Source: Minisyncoccia bacterium (GTDB lineage: Bacteria > Patescibacteriota > Minisyncoccia > Phycocordibacterales > UBA918). From it: a stretch of 64,000 nucleotides of DNA. The position numbers were made by a program, and so were the translations under genes. Position 1 is the first letter of the stretch. Each line of letters opens with the position of its first letter. Shown here piece after piece: positions 58,197-64,000 of the stretch. Under the pieces are notes generated by a model. That model had not been told where the DNA came from. It did no database searches and saw nothing but the letters and a program-made list of their open reading frames with translations. The stretch spans positions 2,499-66,498 of the forward strand of contig JBKJIT010000004.1 in the NCBI GenBank assembly GCA_046598345.1, read 5' to 3'.

Positions 58197-58227
58197 AAAT
58201 CCCCCGGGCGAAGCCCGGGGGATTTTC
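58197..58227. terminator. intrinsic terminator (aaaatcccccgggc-gaa-gcccgggggatttt)
   Basis: 14-bp perfect stem. Confidence 0.7.
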
Positions 58228-58253
58228 TATCTAGATATTTCTAGAAGTCTCTA

Positions 58254-59312
58254 TTAGCGAGATAACTTGTTCTTAAGGTTCTTCATTGAACTCTTAAGCC
58301 ATTTTGATACTTTGTCGGCTTTCGCTGATCTAGCATCATCTTCGTCATCCTCATTTTCGTCAGAGTCCATATGGTTCATCTGACTTACACACTGACCCTG
58401 ATTCTTATAGCTTGGATTGAGGAAAGACAACCAACCACCCTTTTTACACTCGTCCTTTCGAGTATTTGGAGTAGTAGTACCGTTGTCATCATCATCGTTT
58501 CCAGTGAGGATATCAGTATCGCCCGTTACGGTAGTGTTTGAGGCAGTTACTACTTTACCGTTTTCGAGTGTTACCGTCGCTACAACTCGTGTTGCTGCGA
58601 GGTCGTCACCGTATTCAGCTGCTCGATCATTATCCCAATACCCGTCATCTTCGTAATCGAAGCTACCGAGTACATCAAACGGGGAACTCATCTGAGTACC
58701 ATTGATGTCAGTAAAGAATTTAGCTGTTGCTGTGTTGATCTGAAGAAGTGTTGCTCCAGAATAGAGCTTTACTACTACAGATTCAGCCTCTGCAAAGGTA
58801 GTATTCGTGAGTGCAAACCCTGCAGTGTACCCCTTAAGAACACCGTTTCCAGTGTTATAGTCCACAACACCGAAGTCCTCTGCTACGAGGCTACCAATAA
58901 GTGCGGCAGTACCACTTGAGGTGTACCAAGATCCTGTCCTGAATCCACCGAAGTTGTCATCCCATGTTCCGCTCATGACACCGCTTGTCGCGATATCACC
59001 GTCCATATGCATGATAGTGCCTGTAGCACCGCTGTCATACACAATGGTGAGATTAATATCATCGTCTGAGACTACTCCAGAGGTAACGTGCCAGGTGTAT
59101 GTCTTCGTAGATGACCCCGCAGGGTATCCACCAGTACCGGTTACTGTACCAGTGCTTGATTGCGTGAGGTCCATGTCGTGAAGGTAGCCGTCAAAAGAAA
59201 CGACATAATCACCAGTCACATTGAAGTCTGGTGTTGCTGCGTTTGCTACGGATGCGCCGAATGGTAAGGCGAGTGCTACGAGCATAAATGCTTTTGCTAA
59301 GTGATTTTGCAT
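58254..59312 (-). CDS. hypothetical secreted protein
   Basis: signal peptide MQNHLAKAFMLVALALPFGASVANA. Confidence 0.55.
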   Translation of the reverse strand: MQNHLAKAFMLVALALPFGASVANAATPDFNVTGDYVVSFDGYLHDMDLTQSSTGTVTGTGGYPAGSSTKTYTWHVTSGVVSDDDINLTIVYDSGATGTIMHMDGDIATSGVMSGTWDDNFGGFRTGSWYTSSGTAALIGSLVAEDFGVVDYNTGNGVLKGYTAGFALTNTTFAEAESVVVKLYSGATLLQINTATAKFFTDINGTQMSSPFDVLGSFDYEDDGYWDNDRAAEYGDDLAATRVVATVTLENGKVVTASNTTVTGDTDILTGNDDDDNGTTTPNTRKDECKKGGWLSFLNPSYKNQGQCVSQMNHMDSDENEDDEDDARSAKADKVSKWLKSSMKNLKNKLSR

Positions 59313-59694
59313 AGGGTGTTATACATTATGTACTAGTAATTCGTATTACGAATAAAAATAAAAAGCGAGCTGCTGAAAGAGTGTCTGAAAATCAGCGAGC
59401 TCACACCTTGTATATGTCGTAGGAAAGGGGAGAACGTTACTCCACAGATCGAGAAAAGTGTGTCATACTATGGCATGGATAGTGAAAAACCCCGTGGGCA
59501 AGGGCCGCGGGGTTTTTCTTATGCTCAATATCAAGGTCTCCAACTTATTTTCCAAAAAACCTGGTTCAGTAGCAGGGAAATCGCCTCATAATTCTCTCTA
59601 CATATCTATAATATGTATGTATGTAACGTTGTCATATATCTGTTTATGAACATCTTCATAAAAAGTTCATCTATGTATCGTCATAATTACGCGC

Positions 59695-60222
59695 ATGACA
59701 AAAAAACAACAGCGTCTACACGCATTACTTTCGGAAGCGTACGAGACTCATGCAAAAAGCTTGAGGAAGCACGCAATTTTTAAACTTAATAATATTCCGT
59801 TAGCAGACGATCTTGTTCAAGAAACATTTTTTAAAGCGTGGAAGTATCTATTGCGACAAGGGGAAATCGAGATGATGCACGCATTTCTCTATCATGTGCT
59901 CGATGGACTCATCATTGATCAATACCGTAAAGCGAAGCGCAAGGTAGTGTCACTCGATGTCTTGCTTGAGTCTGGATACGAACCGTGTGCGATTGATTAT
60001 GAGCGTGAATACAATGTGTTTGACGGCAAGGAGGCATTCCAGCTTACAAAACAACTCTCATCTCATTACCAAGAAGTACTGACGATGCGGTATATGAAAG
60101 GATTGTCGCTTGGTGAAATGGCTGAAATTACTGGTCAATCGAAGAATACGATGGCAGTTCAGACACACCGAGGTCTTGGAAAGTTGCGCGAACTGTACTT
60201 TGCGCGCTTTACAACTGCGTAA
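59695..60222 (+). CDS. ECF-family RNA polymerase sigma factor (sigma-24-like)
   Basis: region 2 DLVQETFFKAW, region 4 LSLGEMAEITGQSKNTMAVQTHRGLGKLRE. Confidence 0.85.
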   Translation: MTKKQQRLHALLSEAYETHAKSLRKHAIFKLNNIPLADDLVQETFFKAWKYLLRQGEIEMMHAFLYHVLDGLIIDQYRKAKRKVVSLDVLLESGYEPCAIDYEREYNVFDGKEAFQLTKQLSSHYQEVLTMRYMKGLSLGEMAEITGQSKNTMAVQTHRGLGKLRELYFARFTTA

Positions 60223-60228
60223 TCTAAT

Positions 60229-61041
60229 TTAAGTATTACACGCCGCTACCGATCCTGTTGTATAGCCCTCGTTAAACGCTGCGACGCGAGCTTCAGATGA
60301 TCCATGTGTCCAAGATTCCGGATTTACTCGCCCGTTTACTTTCGACTGAATACGGTCGTCTCCAACAGCCGCCGCCGCATCAATCGCTTCACTAATTTCC
60401 CCGGCCTCAAACACTCCTACATCGCGTATGGAGTACGCCCAAAGTCCTGCAAAGCAATCTGCCTGAAGTTCTTGGGCAATGGATTCTTCATTCGTAGCAA
60501 CCTGTGTGCTACCGAAGAGTTGTTGCTGCGCGTGGTGTCCTACTTCGTGCGCAATGACATATGCTTGCGCTACGTCGCCACCCTGTGCGCCGAACCGAGC
60601 AGTGAGTTCTTCAAAGAACGTTTCGTCTAGATATATGGTCGCATCGAGTGGACAGTAATGTGGACCAACACGCGCATCTGCTCCACCGCACGCTGACTCT
60701 GTCGCACCTCGAAAGAGGACGAGTGTCGGCTCTCCGTACGTTTTGTTGTTCGCATTAAAGATTTGTGTCCACATTTCATTTGCTGAACCGAGCACCTGTG
60801 ACGCAAAGAGTTCATACTGATCTTCTCCTTCATAAACTGAAGCCTCGTATGACGAAGCTGGCTCCTCTATAGCAACTCCCTGTAGCCCACCTAAAATATC
60901 TCCCATACTTGCGCCGCTTAAATAACTAATCACGAGATAAATCGCGAGCCCCGTTAGACCCAAGCCTCCGCCAATAACGCCGGGATTCATACGTCTATCC
61001 TGTACGTTTCCACGACTTCCAATTTTCTCCCAATTAGCCAT
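60229..61041 (-). CDS. membrane-anchored neutral zinc metallopeptidase (YpfJ/Zn_peptidase_2 family)
   Basis: HExxH within VIAHEVGHHAQQ; N-terminal TM. Confidence 0.75.
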   Translation of the reverse strand: MANWEKIGSRGNVQDRRMNPGVIGGGLGLTGLAIYLVISYLSGASMGDILGGLQGVAIEEPASSYEASVYEGEDQYELFASQVLGSANEMWTQIFNANNKTYGEPTLVLFRGATESACGGADARVGPHYCPLDATIYLDETFFEELTARFGAQGGDVAQAYVIAHEVGHHAQQQLFGSTQVATNEESIAQELQADCFAGLWAYSIRDVGVFEAGEISEAIDAAAAVGDDRIQSKVNGRVNPESWTHGSSEARVAAFNEGYTTGSVAACNT

Positions 61042-61330
61042 ACTTCTAGGCCGAAAGTGAGTGGAGGTTGTTACATATATTTGAGTGTAACTGATTCGCT
61101 CCGTTCACGGCAGGTTAGGAGTAGGTCCTCGTAATTATTCATGTACTAATGAATTACATAATTTTATGTTTGACACACCTCTCAACATTCAAGATCGAGG
61201 CGCAGAAGATACCGATATGAAAGATAAGGAACGGGATCCAGATCAAGCACATAAGCGATCTGTAGAGAAACATGAAGAAGAGGCTTCTGAGTCGAGGGAT
61301 AACAGTATCGAATAGCGATACGACCTAAAC

Positions 61331-61380
61331 CCTGCACGCACTATAAAGCGCCCGTGAGGGCGCTTTATAGTGCGTGCAGG
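61331..61380. other. 23-bp perfect-stem hairpin (cctgcacgcactataaagcgccc-gtga-gggcgctttatagtgcgtgcagg)
   Basis: read directly; no T-tract either side. Confidence 0.5.
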
Positions 61381-61404
61381 GAAGGGGTCTTTCTGTGAGG
61401 TTTG

Positions 61405-61782
61405 TTATTGTCCGGCCTCGGTATGATCGAAAAATACGACTTCTACATTATGTCCGTCTGCGTCATACACAAATGCAGCGTAGTACCCAGGCCAATATTC
61501 TTTTCGGTATCCTGGACCACCGTTGTCTTTTCCACCTTCTTCGAGTGCAACTTTGTAAAACGCTTCCACTTGCTCTTTATTCTTTGCTGTAAATGCAACG
61601 TGGGAAGGTGTTGATTCTTTTTCGTGCGTTGCAATCCAGAAGTCAGTGTTTTCTCCGTCATTGAACCCTGCGGCTTCTCCATATTCCATATTCTGCGTAT
61701 AGCCAAGTGTCGCCAAGATTTTTGTATAAAATGCTTTCGCTTTTTGGTAATCACGTACCGTGAGACTTGTGTGTGCAATCAT
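61405..61782 (-). CDS. VOC/glyoxalase-bleomycin-resistance family protein
   Basis: paired beta-alpha-beta-beta-beta modules; HVAF..HNVE pattern typical of the family. Confidence 0.7.
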   Translation of the reverse strand: MIAHTSLTVRDYQKAKAFYTKILATLGYTQNMEYGEAAGFNDGENTDFWIATHEKESTPSHVAFTAKNKEQVEAFYKVALEEGGKDNGGPGYRKEYWPGYYAAFVYDADGHNVEVVFFDHTEAGQ

Positions 61783-61844
61783 AGAATGAGTGTGATGAAT
61801 AATAGGGAAGTATACATGCTGGTCTCGAAAGTGGAATTAAAAAA

Positions 61845-61887
61845 AGCCCGTCCGACCAAAGCCATAAGGCTTTTGGTCGGACGGGCT
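61845..61887 (-). terminator. intrinsic terminator, about 19-bp stem (agcccgtccgaccaaagcc / ggcttttggtcggacgggct)
   Basis: read directly; T7 on minus strand. Confidence 0.65.
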
Positions 61888-61904
61888 TAGCGCACCGCCC
61901 CGCG

Positions 61905-62309
61905 TTACGCGAAGTTCAGCACGTCGTCGGCGGGACGATGGAACACTTGCCCGCTCGAACTCTTGAGGCAGACCATGTGCTGATGACTGCGCCAGACGTT
62001 TTTGACGAATGTCGCAGTGTTTGGCACGCGGTCAGTTTTACGCGGCTTGCCCGTAATCAGCACCGTCGTACCGGCCCGAACGAAGTGCGGGTCGAACAAA
62101 GTGGCCCGTTCGTAGACCTTTTTGATGGGACTCGGCTCGGGCTGAACCTTTTTCTTGAGCAGCGCCGGAATTTCCGCAGCTTCCGGCCCAACTTCGTGCT
62201 CAACCATCAAGGGCATGCGGACGGGCTTGAACAACGAGAGCATTTTCTTCAGAATCGCGAGGAACAGGTTCATAGCTTTTCTCCTTGAATAGGGTTGAAA
62301 AACACTCAC
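61905..62309 (-). CDS. hypothetical protein (GC-rich islet)
   Basis: ORF only. Confidence 0.4.
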   Translation of the reverse strand: MSVFQPYSRRKAMNLFLAILKKMLSLFKPVRMPLMVEHEVGPEAAEIPALLKKKVQPEPSPIKKVYERATLFDPHFVRAGTTVLITGKPRKTDRVPNTATFVKNVWRSHQHMVCLKSSSGQVFHRPADDVLNFA

Positions 62310-62395
62310 GCTGTGTGAGATATATATAATAGCATATTAAACGACTACTGTCAATAGGTCCATATTGGTTCAATAGCTTGTGAATTCATAGAAAA

Positions 62396-62421
62396 GGCCG
62401 CCCGAGGATACGGGCGGCCTT
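62396..62421 (-). terminator. terminator hairpin ggccgcccg-aggata-cgggcggcc (copy 1)
   Basis: identical 22-nt core to 63034..63055. Confidence 0.6.
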
Positions 62422-62435
62422 GGTGCGGCTTGTGC

Positions 62436-62941
62436 TTAGTGTTCACCTCCTTCTCCGAAAAGTTTCCATGAATCGAGAGAAGAAATTGGTGCAGCTCGCG
62501 CGGCACGGAGCACTTTCACGAGTGTTGGAAATTCCTGTGAGATTTCCTTGTAGTTAACACTTCTCGGAATGTTTCCCCTGGCGGCCAATCGCTCTGCGAG
62601 ACATGCGTATGCGACCTGCCCCATCTCACTGAAGTAGCCTTGACTCACGCGAAAGTGTATCGCTCTTTCCGGAAAAAGACCGGCGAGCAAGAGGGCCAGA
62701 TCCCCGGTCCATTGAAGTCGCGTATTTCCGAGTTCGCCAACTTCATAGACCGAATTTCTGAATGCCTCATATACACGTGTAGTTGCAATGCGTGTCTCTG
62801 TGATGTGTCCGTGGAGACATTCCACGAGGAAGCCGTGAAGTTGTATAGGGAGAGTTACGCGCGCACCGTGTTCTCCGTATCCCACGAGTTGAACAAACAG
62901 CGACCTTTCACCGTCAGTTCCATCTTGAGTAGCGAATAGCA
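62436..62941 (-). CDS. hypothetical protein (probable start MLFATQDG; ORF-track 5' extension to 63239 overlaps the next gene and its terminator)
   Basis: ORF; extension judged spurious. Confidence 0.4.
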
Positions 62942-63033
62942 TGGTATGTCTCCTTATACAGTGACAAGATGCTTCTACACAAAGCATACTCTTCGCCTCG
63001 CAAAATTCAAAGGTATAGAATTTATAATAAAAA

Positions 63034-63055
63034 GCCGCCCGAGGATACGGGCGGC
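63034..63055 (-). terminator. terminator hairpin gccgcccg-aggata-cgggcggc (copy 2) with T5 on minus strand
   Basis: identical core to copy 1. Confidence 0.65.
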
Positions 63056-63072
63056 GAAAGTCGTAGCGTGAA

Positions 63073-63972
63073 TCACGCCGCGACGGTTTGAGTTGTGTTG
63101 TATACGCGATACCGAAGCGCCGCTTCCTTGGTGAAGTGCATGCGATTCCAGACCTTCTTACTTCGCTTCGAAGCCTTCCAATCCTTTTCCCACACGCATT
63201 CCTGCATCCACGGTGCGATGTACTGATTGTGCTCACCATGGAGGAAGTACGCTGCTTCGTCCGCTCTCGTCACGAATTGCACGAGAGGGATGAGGGTGTA
63301 GCGTAAACGCCTCACACGATCGTGTGCAAATTGCATGCCTGCATTCGTTTGGGGAACGCTTGTGTACTCGCCACGGAACCCTTGCGTATCGAGCGCTATT
63401 TCCATCGAGCTCACTTCGATCTTTTTCTTTGGACCCACGGCAACGGTTTTTCCACGAATGGAGTGCGTGGTACAAACCGTAATACCGAGAGCCGTAAGAC
63501 GCCTTACTTCGCCCCGGTAGAACTCCTGTTCATCGTGAAGACGCTTTGCGAGTAGCTTCAGGAGGAGATACGGAGCGCCGTAGATGCTCTGGCGACGATT
63601 CGGATGCACGTAGTGGAAGAATCCAACCTTCCCATCCTTCAGAATTCCAATCTTCTCGAAGAACTCCCGCTCCTTTGGGAGCGTATCCCACGAAATCTGT
63701 TGCCAGGACGAGTACCAGTCGCCGTTAACATCGACGATCATATAGTTCCGGTACGCACCACAAGTCTCGAGGTTAAGCACCGGGTTTTTCGCGACGATCG
63801 TTCGATCGACGATTCGAACCGAGAAGGAAAATGCCTTCTTGTGCGAGACGAGACCGACAATGTTGCCGAAGCTTTGTGTACCAATCTTGCGTTCGGTTTC
63901 ACAAACTCTCGTCTGACGACGGTTTTCGTACTCGGGAATTTCGATGACTGCATGTCGCAGGTAGAGCGGCAC
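63073..63972 (-). CDS. hypothetical protein (GC-rich islet)
   Basis: ORF only; no family recognised. Confidence 0.4.
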   Translation of the reverse strand: MPLYLRHAVIEIPEYENRRQTRVCETERKIGTQSFGNIVGLVSHKKAFSFSVRIVDRTIVAKNPVLNLETCGAYRNYMIVDVNGDWYSSWQQISWDTLPKEREFFEKIGILKDGKVGFFHYVHPNRRQSIYGAPYLLLKLLAKRLHDEQEFYRGEVRRLTALGITVCTTHSIRGKTVAVGPKKKIEVSSMEIALDTQGFRGEYTSVPQTNAGMQFAHDRVRRLRYTLIPLVQFVTRADEAAYFLHGEHNQYIAPWMQECVWEKDWKASKRSKKVWNRMHFTKEAALRYRVYNTTQTVAA

Positions 63973-64000
63973 AAGAACCGAGAAGAGGTCGAGATCAGTC

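Noticed and set aside
62942-63239. N-terminal 100 aa of ORF 62436..63239
   Set aside because: It runs through the terminator hairpin at 63034–63055 and overlaps gene 63073..63972. An internal Met at about 62941 gives a non-overlapping gene.

Overview
This 64-kb window is a gene-dense bacterial chromosomal segment of about 43% GC by eye, almost all coding, with very long-stem intrinsic terminators. The content fits a small-genome, possibly CPR/Patescibacteria-like organism, but that is inferred from gene content only. The housekeeping backbone is rpsP–KH protein–NUDIX–trmD, rpoB–rpoC, dnaG–rpoD, uppP, hisS, prmC, an ABC transporter pair, class I fructose-bisphosphate aldolase, rpmG, truB and a DEAD-box helicase. 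Accessory content includes a one-strand type IV pilus/competence-like locus (pilB, pilC and five prepilin-like genes, one fused to a beta-propeller-like domain), a roughly 690-aa tandem-repeat surface protein, a GH18-like hydrolase, an ECF sigma factor and many small secreted or membrane proteins. Things that stand out are a family of three 32-bp palindromic repeats with compensatory substitutions in a 1.2-kb AT-rich spacer next to the pilus locus, two diverged SLOG/DUF2493-like paralogs flanking a BI-1 family membrane protein, several GC-rich islets with reused terminator hairpins, a UvrD-helicase–RecB-nuclease fusion protein, a DnaG whose zinc ribbon has lost three of four ligands, and an RpoD with a histone-H1-like lysine-rich N-terminal tail. 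No rRNA, tRNA or CRISPR array was recognised.
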